64,000 nt of DNA from Eledone cirrhosa (taxonomy: Eukaryota), in the NCBI GenBank assembly GCA_964016885.1, contig OZ024743.1:184202001-184266000 (forward strand). The letters run 5' to 3'. Below, piece after piece: positions 25,619 through 39,521 of the stretch (its first letter is position 1; every line of letters begins with the position of its first letter). The notes beneath the pieces are model-generated. The model did not search any database. It saw nothing but the letters and a program-made list of their open reading frames with translations, and was not told where the DNA came from. The position numbers and the translations under genes were made by a program.

Positions 25619-28600
25619 CATATCCAAAAATATTTTCGATGTCTTTTGAAATTCTTTAGAATTAACATCTTGTAAACTTGGTTGCCATTCCAAACCTTCT
25701 GCTATGTACAAAACACCATTGAACTGCCGGCGTTCTACGGGTTTCTTGTGGTTTACAGAGCCTTCCATCGACCCTGTCGTTGGCTTATCACTTGATTCTG
25801 TCATAATATGGACAGTATTTCCTTGCGTTGTATCAGGCATCTTTGTCGTTACACCATCATCTGTCTGTATCATACCATAGAGGTTAGTTTCTGTGTTACT
25901 GTCATCGCTCATCTGTGTCATACCATTAAAGTATGTATGTGTCGGACCATCGAACATTCCTTCTGTCATACCATCGATGTCTGTTTCGCTGGTACTGTCG
26001 ACACGTATCTGCGTCATTGCACTGACCCCAGCCACTGTGATATCACCAACATTTGTTTGTGTCATACCAGCAGTGTGTGTCTCTGTCATACCATTCAGGT
26101 TTGTCTGTGTCATACCATTAAGATTTGTCTGTATCATACCATCAACGTTTGTCGGTGTCATACCATCAAGATTTGTCTCTGTCATACCACCAGTGATTGT
26201 CTCTATCATACCCTTAAAGTCTGTCTGTGTCATACCATTCAGGTTTGTATCTGTCATACCATTAAGATTTGTCTGTATCATACCATCAACGTTTGTCTCT
26301 GTCATACCACCAGTGATTGTCTCTATCATACCCTTAAAGTCTGTCTCTGTCATACCATTCAGGTTTGTCTCTGTCATACCATTCAGGTTTGTCTCTGTCA
26401 TACCATTCAGGTTTGTCTCTGTCATACCATTCAGGTTTGTCTCTGTCATACCATTCAGGTTTGTCTCTGTCATACCACCAGTGTTTGTCTCTGTCATACC
26501 ATTCAGGTTTGTCTCTGTCATACCATTCAGGTTTGTCTCTGTCATACCATTCAGGTTTGTCTCTGCCATACCACCAGTGATTGTCTCTCTCATACCACCA
26601 GTGATTGTCTCTGTCATACCATTCAGGTTTGTCTCTGTCATACCATTCAGGTTTGTCTCTGTCATACCACCAGTGTTTGTCTCTGTCATACCATTCAGGT
26701 TTCTCTCTGTCATACCACCAGTGTTTGTCTCTGTCATACCATTCAGGTTTGTCTCTGTCATACCACCAGTGATTGTCTCTGTCATACCATTCAGGTTTGT
26801 CTCTGTCATACCACCAGTGATTATCTCTGTCATACCATTCAGGTTTGTCTCTGTCATACCATTCAGGTTTGTCTCTGTCATACCATTCAGGTTTGTCTCT
26901 GTCATACCATTCAGGTTTGTCTCTGTCATACCACCAGTGTTTGTCTCTGTCATACCATTCAGGTTTGTCTCTGTCATACCATTCAGGTTTGTCTCTGTCA
27001 TACCATTCAGGTTTGTCTCTGCCATACCACCAGTGATTGTCTCTCTCATACCACCAGTGATTGTCTCTGTCATACCATTCAGGTTTGTCTCTGTCATACC
27101 ATTCAGGTTTGTCTCTGTCATACCACCAGTGTTTGTCTCTGTCATACCATTCAGGTTTGTCTCTGTCATACCACCAGTGTTTGTCTCTGTCATACCATTC
27201 AGGTTTGTCTCTGTCATACCACCAGTGATTGTCTCTGTCATACCATTCAGGTTTGTCTCTGTCATACCACCAGTGATTATCTCTGTCATACCATTCAGGT
27301 TTGTCTCTGTCATACCATTCAGGTTTGTCTCTGTCATACCACCAGTGATTGTCTGTGTCATACCATTCAGGTTTGTCTCTGTCATACCATTCAGGTTTGT
27401 CTCTGCCATACCACCAGTGATTGTCTCTGTCATACCACCAGTGATTGTCTCTGTCATACCATTCAGGTTTGTCTCTGCCATACCACCAGTGATTGTCTCT
27501 GTCATACCACCAGTGATTGTCTCTGTCATACCATTCAGGTTTGTCTCTGTCATACCATTCAGGTTTGTCTCTGTCATACCATTCAGGTTTGTCTCTGTCA
27601 TACCACCAGTGTTTGTCTCTGTCATACCATTCAGGTTTGTCTCTGTCATACCACCAGTGATTGTCTCTGTCATACCATTCAGGTTTGTCTCTGTCATACC
27701 ACCAGTGATTGTCTCTGTCATACCATTCAGGTTTGTCTCTGTCATACCATTCAGGTTTGTCTCTGCCATACCACCAGTGAATGTCTCTGTCATACCATTC
27801 AGGTTTGTCTCTGTCATATCATCAGTCTCTGTCTCTGTCATACCATTCAGGTTTGTCTCTGTCATACCATTCAGGTTTGTCTCTGTCATACCATTCAGGT
27901 TTGTCTCTGTTATACCACCAGTCTTTGTCTCTGCCATACCATTCAGGTTAGTCTCTGTCATACCACCAGTCTTTGTCTCTGTCATACTATTCAGGTTTGT
28001 CTCTGTCATACCACCAGTCTTTGTCTCTGTCATACCATTCAGGTTTGTCGCTGTTATACCACCAGTCTTTGTCTCTGTCATACCATTCAGGTTAGTCTCT
28101 GTCATACCACCAGTGATTGTCTCTGTCATACCATTCAGGTTAGTCTCTGTCATACCACCAGTCTTTGTCTCTGTCATACCATTCAGGTTAGTCTCTGTCA
28201 TACCATTCAGGTTAGTCTCTGTCATACCATTCAGGTTAGTCTCTGTCATACCACCAGTGATTGTCTCTGTCATACCATTCAGGTTAGTCTCTGTCATACC
28301 ATTCAGGTTAGTCTCTGTCATACCATTCAGGTTAGTCTCTGTCATACCACCAGTGATTGTCTCTGTCATATCATTCAGGTTAGTCTCTGTCATACCATTC
28401 AGGTTTGTCTCTGTCATACCATTCAGGTTTGTCTCTGTCATACCATTCAGGTTTGTCTCTGTCATACCATTCAGGTTTGTCTCTGTCATACCACCAGTGA
28501 TTGTCTCTGTCATACCATTCAGGTTTGTCTCTGTCATACCACCAGTCTTTGTCTCTGTCATACCATTCAGGTTTGTCATACCATTCAGGTTTGTCTCTGT

Positions 28601-31600
28601 CATACCACTAGTATTTGTCTCTGTCATACCATTCAGGTTTGTCTCTGTCATACCATTTAGGTTTGTCTCTGTCATACCACTAGTATTTGTCTCTGTCATA
28701 CCATTCAGGTTTGTCTCTGTCATACCATTCAGGTTTGTCTCTGTCATACCATTCAGGTTTGTCTCTGTCATACCATTCAGGTTTGTTTCTGTTATACCAC
28801 CAGTCTTTGTCTCTGTCATACCATTCAGGTTTGTCTCTGTCATACCATTCAGGTTTGTCTCTGTCATACCACTAGTATTTGTCTCTGTTATACCATTCAG
28901 GTTTGTCTCTGTCATACCACCAGTGATTGTCTCTATCATACCATTCAGGTTTGTCTCTGTCATACCACTCAGGTTTGTCTCTGTCATACCACCAGTCTTT
29001 GTCTCTGTCATACCATTCAGGTTTGTCTCTGTCATACCATTCAGGTTTGTCCCTGTCATACCACTAGTATTTGTCTCTGTTATACCATTCAGGTTTGTCT
29101 CTGTCATACCACCAGTGATTGTCTCTGTCATACCATTCAGGTTTGTCTCTGTCATACCATTCAGGTTTGTTTCTGTTATACCACCAGTCTTTGTCTCTGT
29201 CATACCATTCAGGTTTGTCATACCATTCAGGTTTGTCTCTGTCATACCACTAGTATTTGTCTCTGTTATACCATTCAGGTTTGTCTCTGTCATACCACTA
29301 GTATTTGTCTCTGTCATACCATTCAGGTTTGTCTCTGTCATACCATTCAGGTTTGTCTCTGTCATACCACCAGTCTTTGTCTCTGTCATACCATTCAGGT
29401 TTGTCTCTGTCATACCACTAGTATTTGTCTCTGTCATACCATTCAGGTTTGTCTCTGTCATACCATTCAGGTTTGTCTCTGTCATACCACTAGTATTTGT
29501 CTCTGTTATACCATTCAGGTTTGTCTCTGTCATACCACCAGTGATTGTCTCTGTCATACCATTCAGGTTTGTCTCTGTCATACCACTCAGGTTTGTCTCT
29601 GTCATACCACCAGTCTTTGTCTCTGTCATACCATTCAGGTTTGTCTCTGTCATACCACTCAGGTTTGTCTCTGTCATACCACCAGTCTTTGTCTCTGTCA
29701 TACCATTCAGGTTTGTCTCTGTCATACCACTAGTATTTGTCTCTGTCATACCATTCAGGTTTGTCTCTGTCATACCATTCAGGTTTGTCTCTGTCATACC
29801 ACTAGTATTTGTCTCTGTTATACCATTCAGGTTTGTCTCTGTCATACCACCAGTGATTGTCTCTGTCATACCATTCAGGTTTGTCTCTGTCATACCACTC
29901 AGGTTTGTCTCTGTCATACCACCAGTCTTTGTCTCTGTCATACCATTCAGGTTTGTCTCTGTCATACCACTAGTATTTGTCTCTGTCATACCATTCAGGT
30001 TTGTCTCTGCCATACCATTCAGGTTTGTCTCTGTCATACCACTAGTATTTGTCTCTGTCATACCATTCAGGTTTGTCTCTGTCATACCATTCAGGTTTGT
30101 CTCTGTCATACCATTCAGGTTTGTCTCTGTCATACCATTCAGGTTTGTCTCTGTCATACCATTCAGGTTTGTCTCTGTCATACCATTCAGGTTTGTCTCT
30201 GTCATACCATTCAGGTTTATCTCTGTCATACCATTCAGGTTTGTCTCTGTCATACCATTCAGGTTTGTCTCTGTCATACCATTCAGGTTTGTCTCTGTCA
30301 TACCATTCAGGTTTGTCTCTGTCATACCATTCAGGTTTGTCTCTGTCATACCACCAGTCTTTGTCTCTGTCATACCATTCAGGTTTGTCTCTGTCATACC
30401 ATTCAGGTTTGTCTCTGTCATACCACCAGTCTTTGTCTCTGTCATACCATTCAGGTTTGTCTCTGTCATACCATTCAGGTTTGTCTCTGTCATACCACCA
30501 GTCTTTGTCTCTGTCATACCATTCAGGTTTGTCTCTGTCATACCATTCAGGTTTGTCTCTGTCATACCACTAGTATTTGTCTCTGTCATACCATTCAGGT
30601 TTGTCTCTGTCATACCACCAGTCTTTGTCTCTGTCATACCATTCAGGTTTGTCTCTGTCATACCATTCAGGTTTGTCTCTGTCATACCACCAGTCTTTGT
30701 CTCTGTCATACCATTCAGGTTTGTCTCTGTCATACCACTCAGGTTTGTCTCTGTCATACCACCAGTCTTTGTCTCTGTCATACCATTCAGGTTTGTCTCT
30801 GTCATACCACTAGTATTTGTCTCTGTCATACCATTCAGGTTTGTCTCTGTCATACCATTCAGGTTTGTCTCTGTCATACCACCAGTCTTTGTCTCTGTCA
30901 TACCATTCAGGTTTGTCTCTGTCATACCACTAGTATTTGTCTCTGTCATACCATTCAGGTTTGTCTCTGTCATACCATTCAGGTTTGTCTCTGTCATACC
31001 ACCAGTCTTTGTCTCTGTCATACCATTCAGGTTTGTCTCTGTCATACCACTAGTATTTGTCTCTGTCATACCATTCAGGTTTGTCTCTGTCATACCATTC
31101 AGGTTTGTCTCTGTCATACCACCAGTCTTTGTCTCTGTCATACCATTCAGGTTTGTCTCTGTCATACCACTAGTATTTGTCTCTGTCATACCATTCAGGT
31201 TTGTCTCTGTCATACCATTCAGGTTTGTCTCTGTCATACCATTGACAATGATAATTGTATTTGTCGTAATGTCATTAACTTTAGTTCCGTATAAGTCTTC
31301 TGTCGATTTTGCTATTGATGATGATGTTGATGGTGGTGGGGATGATGATGTTGATGGTGGTGGGGATGATGATGTTGATGGTGGTGGGGATGATGATGTT
31401 GATGGTGGTGGGGATGATGATGTTGATGGTGGTGGGGATGATGATGTTGATGGTGGTGGGGATGATGATATTGAGGGTGGTGGGGATGATGATATTGAGG
31501 GTGGTGGGGATGGCGATGATGAGGATGTGGGAGAGATGGAGGAGGAATAGGAGACGGAGGAGGGAGAAAAAAGGGAAGATGAAGTGTAGGGTAGCAGTGA

Positions 31601-34600
31601 TGACGAAGAGGATGGGGAGGGAGCGGAGTGAAGGTGTGGTGTTACTGATGTTGTTGTTTCTTCTTTTGTCACCGATGTTGTCACCCATGCAACTGTAGAT
31701 GGTTGCCTCACTGTTGATATCATTGTTGTTGCGGTGGTAGCTGTTTCAGCAGTGGTTGCTTCTGACAACTCAGTTGTTGCTTCTGTTGCTGTTCTATTGG
31801 TTGTGCCTATTACTGTAATAGTTGCTTGAGTTGCTGCTGTGGTGGCTGCTTCTATAATAGTTGCTTCTGTTGCAGCAGCAATATTTGCTTCGGTTGCTGC
31901 TGCAGTGGTTGCTTCTGTTGCTGCAGAGATAGTTGCTTCTGTTGCTGCAGCAGTGGTTGCTTCTGTTGCTTCTGTTGTAGTTGCTTCTGTTGCTGCAGTG
32001 GTAGTTGCTTCTGTTGCAGCCGCAATAGTTGTTTCGGTTGCTGCAGCAGTGGTTGCTTCTGTTGCTGCTGTTGCTTCTGTTGCTGCTGTTGTGGTTGCTT
32101 CTATTGCTGCTGCGATAGTTGCTTCTGTTGCTGCTGTTGGGATTGTTACTTCTGTTGCTGCCGCAGTGTTTGCTTCTGCTGCTGCGGCAGTGGTTGCTTC
32201 TGTTGCTGCTATTGTGATTGCTTCTGTTGCTGCTGTTGTGGTTGCTTCTATTGCTGCTGCGATAGTTGCTTCTGTTGCTGCTGTTGGGATTGTTGCTTCT
32301 GTTGCTGCCGCAGTGTTTGCTTCTGCTGCTGCGGCAGTGGTTGCTTCTGTTGCTGCTGTTGTGGTTGCTTCTGTTTCTGCTGTTGTGATTGCTTCTGTTG
32401 CTGCTGTGGTAGTTGCTTCTCTTGCTGCCACGGCAGTTGCTTCTGTTACTGCTGTGGTAGTTGCTTCTGTTGCTACAGTGGTAATTGCTTCTGATGCAGC
32501 TGTAATAGTTGCTTCTGTTGCTGCAGCGATAGTTGCTTCTGTTGCTTCCGCAGTGTTTGTTTCTGTTGCTGTAGCAGTGGTTGCTGCTGTTGTGGTTACT
32601 TCTGTTGCTACTGCGGTAGTTGTTTCTGTTGCTGCCGCAGTGGTTGCTTCTGTTGCTGCCGCAGTGGTTGCTTCTGCTGCTACTGTGGTGGTTGCTTCTG
32701 TTGTTGGCGCGATACTTACTTCCGAGGCTGCAGCGGTAGTTGCTTCTATTGCTGTCACGGTAGTTGCTTCTGTTGCTGCAGCGGTGGCTGCTTCTGTTGC
32801 TGCTGTGGTAATTGCTTCTGTTGCTGCAGCTGTGGCTGCTTCTGTTGCTGCAGCAGTAGTTGCTTTTGTTGCTGCCACTATAGTTGCTTCTGTTACTGCT
32901 GCGGTAGTTGCTTCAGTTGCTGCCGTAGTAGTTGCTTCTGTTACTGCTGCGGTAGTTGCTTCTGTTGCTGCCGCGGTAGTTGCTTCTGTTGCTGCCGCGG
33001 TAGTTGCTTCTGTTGCTGCCGCAGTAGTTGCTTCTGTTGCTGTTGTTGTTGTTGCTGTCGTGGCTGATTCTGTTACTGCTGCAGTGGTTGCTTCTGTTAT
33101 ATTTGTGGTTGCTTTTGTTGCTTTTGTTGTCGCAGTGTTTGTTTCTGTTGTTGCGATAGTTACTTGTGTTGCTGCTGTGATGGTTGCTTCTGTTATTGTG
33201 GTGATTACATCTGTTGCTGTGATGGTTGCCTCTGTTGCTGCTTTGATGGTTGCCTCTGTTATTGTGGTGGTTTCCTTTGTTGCTGTGGTGGTTGCCTCTG
33301 TTGCTGTGGTGGTTGCCTCTGTTGCAATGGTGGTTGCCTCTGTGACTGTGGGGAAGGCTTCTGTTACTGTGGCGGTTGCCTGTAAATCGTTGGTGGTTGC
33401 CTCTGTTGCTGTGGTGGTTGCCTCTGTTGCGGTGGTGGCTGCCTCTGTGACCGTGGGGGCGGCATCTGTTACTGTGGTGGTTGCCCGTGAATCATTGGTG
33501 GTTGCCTCTGTTGCTGTGGTGGTTGCCTCTATTGCTGTGGTGGTTGCCTCTGTTGCTGTGGTGGTTGCCTCTGTTGCTATGGTGGTTGCCTCTGTTGCTA
33601 TGGTGGTTGCCTCTGTTGCTGTGGTGGTTGCCTCTGTTGCTGTGGTGGTTGCCTCTATTGCTGTGGTGGTTGCCTCTGTTGCTATGGTGGTTGCCTCTGT
33701 TGCTGTGGTGGTTGCCTCTGTTGCTGTGGTGGTGGCCTCTGTTGCTATGGTGGTTGCCTCTGTTGCTGTGGTGGTTGCCTCTGTTGCTGTGGTGGTTGCC
33801 TCTGTTGTGGTGGTGGTGGCCTCTGTTACGGTGGTGGTGGCCTCTGTTGATGTGGTGGTTGTCTCTGTTGGTGTGGTGGTTTCCTCTGTTGCTGTGGTGG
33901 TTGCCTCTGTTGTGGTGGTGGCTGCCTGTGAATCGTTGATGGTTGCATCTGTTGCTGTGGTGGTTGCCCGTGATGCATTGGTGGCTGTTTCTGTTGCTAC
34001 TCTGGTTTCTGTCTCTGCTGTTGCCACGGTGCTTGCTTCTGTTGTAGTAGTAGTTGCTTTTGTTGTTGTTGTGTCATCTAATGTCTCAGTTGCTTTTTTA
34101 TCTTCCAGTGTTGTTTCATCTGTTATTGCATCCGATACCTGCTGCTCTGTATAAAACCAGACATCATTCGTTGGTGTCATGGTTGTAACAACTTCATCAT
34201 TATTTAAAATATTATTTTGTTGAGATATACCTTCATGTATCGATGTAACTTCAATTGAGTTTAATTCTGAATTTGTTGTTTTGGTAGAACTTTCTTCATA
34301 AACTGAGGCGAAATCATTAGAACTGTCATATTGATGTTGGTTTGTAGAAACCTGTGAGAATGGTAAAGTATGAGTCTTCATTTCTGGAACATTTTCTGTA
34401 GCTGTCGATTTTTCGTCAGTATGGATTGTTTCAACTTCATCCGTCGATTCTGTATCACATATTGTCGTTGTTGCAGTTTCTAGAAAAGCTGCCGTTTCCA
34501 TTTTCACTGTTGTTTTTATGTCATACTCTATACCAGAATCTAAAGAAGTAGTTACAGCAAAATCTATTTCAGTCTTGGCATCTGTTGGTGAAGTTAACGT

Positions 34601-36507
34601 TGAGCTTTTGTCATCTGTTAATTCTCTCACTGTTGTTAGTATTGGAGCTGTTTGAGATTCAATAGTTTTAGAAAGGGAAACATCACTTGCTTGTACAGTT
34701 ACTAGATCGCCATTAGGATCCGCAGATGCCCACCATGTTGTATCTTTAATTGTAGATGACAGAAACATCGCATGCGAAACGTTATCGATGTCTTTAGATA
34801 ATGTACTTTGCACAGTTGAAATTAATATAACATCAGGAGCATTAGTTTTTGTCAAGATGTTGTTCTTAGTCGTAAATGTATTTTCCGCAGACGTTGATTT
34901 TAGTGTCGTACTTTTGCCAATCTTTGGACTGGGAATTAGAGGCTCGTGTGTTTCGTTGAGAATAGTGTTTTCGGTGGTAGATTCAATCGATTGACTACTA
35001 ATTTGGCTACTACCAATTAAACTGTTGGACGCTAATGGTGACGTTAAGGTGCTGAAATTATCATTTGATTCCGTTTGTAAAGAACTTGCAACGCTTTTAA
35101 CTGGTAAATGACTCGTTGACTCTAACCCGGGTGTGGTGACCTTTTCTACTGACGTGTTAGGGAAACTAGAAACGTTATGATAATCCAATGAAACAGAAGC
35201 CAAAGTGTTTGTTGGGTTAGTATTTCTGGGATACGTTGGTGCGAGTTCTGTTTGTGTGTTAGTTGTTTCAGTTGGGCTTGACATTCCCGTCCCAGAATAT
35301 GGTTCGTTAGTTGAGAGCCCCTTGTTATTTATATCAGTTATGATATCATCGTCTGACGTTGTTGCCAAGGAGTCAGTATTTTTAGTAACGCTTGCAGTAT
35401 GAGCGATTGTTGGTGCGATATTTTGGGAAGACATACCACTTAAACCAACATTAACAGATGTTCCAGTGACGGTAGAAGAATACGATGTAGTTTTGGGAAT
35501 ATTTTCATCAATTTCATGTTGAGAAGATACAGTAACTTCGTCGTTCGTTTGAAATTCTGGAGAAGTGATAGAAATAGTGGATTCAGAAGTAATTTGTTGT
35601 GAACTTATTGATTCTGTTGGTAAAACACTTTTGAGGTCATTGGTCGTAGAAATTACACCATTGTTTCTTGTATTTAATGTTATATCTGTGGCAACACTAC
35701 CATCGAACCCGGTACTTCTATAAGTTTTATCATTGTTTTCTGTGGTTATTGTTCTGTGGTTATCTGCCGTGAAGTTGCATCCTATTTCTGTATCAGTAAT
35801 ATCTGTACCTCCATCTTCAAAGCCGCTTGAGGTTGATCGTTCAGCAGAATAAACTGTAGAATGTTGATTTAGGTAAATATCTGGAGTTGAAGTATCATTG
35901 TCAGTCCTCAGTACCGTAAGAAACGTTTCCCTACTATTGCTCTCTGGTGTACTTTCGGGTGTAATATGTGAGGGACTACTATCAGATGTAGAACTATTCA
36001 TCTCCTCTGTTTCTGGTATTGTATCGGTAGTTTCGGACCTAGTAGATTCCCGATATGTTGATGTTGTGGAGTTTATTCCCTGATTAATCAATACATTCAG
36101 TCGTAGATTGATATTACTAACAGAAATCAAATCAGAGTATGCCGAAGTAATTGCATTGTTATTCACAGTGTCAGTATCGGCTGTTACATTGAGTGTCCTT
36201 ATAGTTGAATCTGGCGAAGTACTCGGGTGATTTTCGTCGTGATCTTCACTGACATTTTCAGTTCTCCCAACTGGGGTGACACTTTGAAGAGTTGAATTAT
36301 CAATGGCGGCGAGATATGTTGTGTTTCGCAAGACATGTTCATTGATAACACTTTCAGTTGTTGATATTTGAGTAGCTGGTGTCTCGTCAACCGATCTCTT
36401 CTTTCGTTTAAGCACTTTCAAAGGTATTTCGGGAGGAAATTCTTTTTCAGGTCTCACATCATCGTTTATTGTATTGAACTCAGTAGATAAGTCACAGATG
36501 ATTTCCA
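25619..36507 (-). CDS. Mucin-like gene exon 2: 10,889-bp exon with S/T-rich region, tandem repeat domains and N-terminal part of first SEA domain
   Basis: Uninterrupted 3651-aa ORF; acceptor tatttttCAG|TG (phase 1); donor ATG|GTAAGT (phase 0); KRKKR site; ends FNGVLYIAEGLEWQPSLQDVNSKEFQKTSKIFLDM. Confidence 0.92.
26040..31243 (-). repeat. Coding 24-bp tandem array (GMTETNLN / GMTETKTG / GMTETNTS / GMTETITG), about 200 units
   Basis: Unit gtttgtctctgtcataccattcag and variants; degenerates towards 26040. Confidence 0.97.
31316..31510 (-). repeat. Coding 24-bp repeat encoding SSSPPPST, about 8 units
   Basis: gatgatgatgttgatggtggtggg repeated. Confidence 0.9.
31830..33970 (-). repeat. Coding Ala/Thr-rich repeats: 21-bp (TATEATT) grading into 24-bp (AATEATTA)
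   Basis: Seen in translation and as gttgcctctgttgctgtggtg / gttgcttctgttgctgccgcagtg units. Confidence 0.9.
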
Positions 36508-37287
36508 CTGAAAAATAAACGTGTCTAGTAACATTAAATTATATCCACTTATACATACATACATTCACACACACACACACACACACACGTATGTATGCAT
36601 GTAGATAGGTAGGTAGGTAGGTAGGTAGGTAGGTAGGTAGGAAGGAAGATAGGCATATGTGTAATGCTGTGTCATATTTATTTATAATTGGCCACAAAAT
36701 CGCAAGGCTTTAATGAATTTGTACATATACGTACCAAAAAATAGTTCTATTGTTTGATAAAGGTGCAGTATACTATTATCCCATTATGTTAATGAAATCA
36801 GCCGGAACTTCACTTGCAAACATCCATTAGAATCAGTACCACGTGTTACATAAACTCCCCTTTTATTGTTAATAGATATAAACATCTATTATCAAACTAC
36901 TCCTAATAGAACTCACTATAAGTATTCTATTTTCCAAGATATAAAAATAGCTTTTAATAATATTTATTTTTTGTTAGTTTCGTTCTTTTTTATTTTATTT
37001 TCAACCCATAAAACTTAAGACGTTAGAAACATTATTTCTAAGAGTAATTACGATGTGTGAGATTTTGATGTAGAAAATATTTTTTCACATATATGCAGAT
37101 AATCACAAACACACTCATATGTACTCAGATCTCACACATTATACAATTATCAAATTCTCTCTCTTACTGATTCCAACACAAGAATAATCCAATAATAACT
37201 TCAACGTGATAAACTTTTTGAAGCAGAAAATAATATCATTCTTCATTCATACAAAGATTGCTCCCCCGCCCTCCCCCTCTCTCTCTA

Positions 37288-37365
<78 letters not shown>

Positions 37366-37459
37366 ATGTGTTAAGTATTTCCGTAGAAAAGGTAAAGAAA
37401 AGAAGAGTGCTCTATGTATAGTACAGAGCTATACATAGCTATACATATATATATATATA

Positions 37460-37727
37460 TGTTGTTATATTTGGGGAGGGTCATATTGTTATAATATTGC
37501 CAAAAATAATAATATAACACACTCACTGTTTGGTTTAGATTGGTTTTCGCTTCTGTATCTTTTATATCTCCTTTGTTAATTTATCTGGCAATCAATGTTT
37601 CTCATTGATTGACCAATGGTTAAAAATACAGATATAGTCTATCAAAGTTTTTTTGTCACACATCTGTGACATCATCAGTGATACTATTATCTTTCCTCCC
37701 GCTGTATTGTAATGTCTACGCCATTTT

Positions 37728-37735
<8 letters not shown>
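37460..37735 (-). mobile_element. PLE terminal remnant with degenerate hammerhead (~37640-37683)
   Basis: Minus strand atgaccctccccaaatataacaa resembles 1360-1382; TATCA-CTGATGA-T-GTCAC..GTGAC-AAAA (GAAA mutated)..TGATA. Confidence 0.55.
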
Positions 37736-37769
<34 letters not shown>

Positions 37770-38089
37770 GAGGATGTCTGTCTGTGTGTGTGTGAGTTTG
37801 AATCCCTAAAACTCGAGAACCACCCAACCGACTGTTTTTAAACTTTACACATGTAATACTAATGTTTCAGGGAGTGTTCTAAGCAAAAAACATTTCAAAT
37901 TTTCAATGCCCTAAAGACCGCATTAGGCGATTTAGCGATCTCTCTCTATAATTCTTAGTCTTTCTCTTTTTAGATAGATACATACATATAACGTCGCGCC
38001 TTTATAATATCTGTCTGTATGTCTGATGTCTGATGTCTGCATTACGTCACTTCCCTGAGGATGTCTGTCTGTGTGTGTCTGTCTGTGTG

Positions 38090-38138
<49 letters not shown>

Positions 38139-38319
38139 GCCTGTCTGTTTGTGAGAAGTACCCAACCGACTTTTTTCAAACTTTACATGTGTATTACTTA
38201 TGTTTCAGAGAGTGTTATGCGCATAAAAAATTCAACTTTTAGTTGAAAAACTGCATTTTTTTCAGGTTTTTAGTGGTTTTTTAGTCGTTACGTCAGACCG
38301 ATTTCCTTTAAATTGTAAC

Positions 38320-38570
38320 TATGTATTAGCCAGTCTCTTCTTCCTACCGTGAAATGAATACCAAGCTCACTTGCGATCAGTCGAACAGCCAGCCGACGGA
38401 CGCCATGCACCACCTGCCTCACGCACTCAACGTTGGCTTCAGTCTTACTCGTTGAAGACCTTCCTCTCCTTGAGTCATCTTCCCAGTTATATACCACCCG
38501 GATATTACGTAAAACGGTGACGCAATCCGGTAATCCTACCCCACTCATAGCTCACACAGCAGGCTGTCTT
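38320..38570 (-). mobile_element. Tc1/mariner transposase fragment
   Basis: EDDSRRGRSSTSKTEANVECVRQVV...RRLAVRLIASELGI resembles the mariner second HTH region. Confidence 0.6.
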
Positions 38571-39224
38571 CTAACTTTTCTGACATACGTCGTATATATA
38601 TACAAACGATATGTATATACACACCGACAATCACATACACATAATAGGAAAATAGGTTTTCTGTCAAGTATGACAATAAATACACTTTGTTGTAATCTTT
38701 CAGTTTTATTATATCATTGAACTTGTAAAACAATTTTTAACAATGTCAAGCTTTCGAGTGCTTATTCACACTCAAGATTTAATTAAAATTGATATGCTCG
38801 TCTTCTTTCTTTTAAGCTTGAATGTGCAGCCAACGTAATTGTTACTTGGCATTATTTGACCCTCAGGACCGGCGCAATTATTATGTAACCTTTGGAGGGG
38901 CGCATTACTGAAACTTAAGTATTACCGTTTTATACATATTTGTACAATCAAATTTAATATTTAATTTCCTGCAATCAATAAATAATTCATGAAACATCTT
39001 TGCCATGTAGCAGTGTTGTGGAAACATCCAAAGTGGTTGAGACGGTCGAATGGTGGTATGACTTGTTACATGATTTGGCGTGGATGTATGTGGACTGTAT
39101 AGCGGAAAATGTAGATTTAGTAATTTTCTTAGTGTGTTCAGAGCAAGAAATGTCAAAACCTAGGTACATCAGCTTGCCAAACTGAGAGTTGAAATTATTT
39201 TATTTAGGGCGCATATTATAGGGT

Positions 39225-39480
39225 TAGCTTAGGTAATGCCTGAAAGAATATGATCACGAATATAAGCGGCCGCCGAAATGGGGTTCCTTCGAAGGGTCTT
39301 TGAAGTAACGTTACTCGACAGAGTGCGTGGCTCGGAGATCCGGCACTCCAGGTAGAGTCGCTATTTCTCCGAATTGAGAGATCACAGCTCCGATATTATG
39401 GGCATATGGTTAGAATATCTCGGGAAGAAATTGCTGGACAGATTTTACGGGAAAAAACAACTGGCAAGAGACTCAGAGAT
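39225..39480 (+). mobile_element. 3' fragment of the RTE (Rex3/Expander-like) family seen at 44330-46500
   Basis: cactccaggtagag..gcta.ttctccgaattgagagatcacagctccgata shared with ~46360-46415. Confidence 0.7.
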
Positions 39481-39521
39481 AGACCCCAAGCACGATTATT
39501 TTTATACCTACCTACATACAT

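Noticed and set aside
26040-31243. CRISPR-like appearance of the 24-bp array
   Set aside because: No unique spacers and no cas genes; it is an in-frame coding repeat in a eukaryote.
25808-34154. Long plus-strand ORFs (950, 1885, 771 aa; CLCHTIQV, VSVIPFRF and VVASVAA repeats)
   Set aside because: Antisense shadows of the stop-free coding repeats. Only the minus frame extends into unique sequence with splice sites and a SEA domain.
37750-38290. Two related segments with (TCTG)n resembling Helitron/HINE-type repeats
   Set aside because: Similarity between the two is visible, but I could not define termini, so no family call.
38741-38775. Minus-strand stem II-GAAA-GCTT half hammerhead
   Set aside because: CTGANGA missing and no element context.
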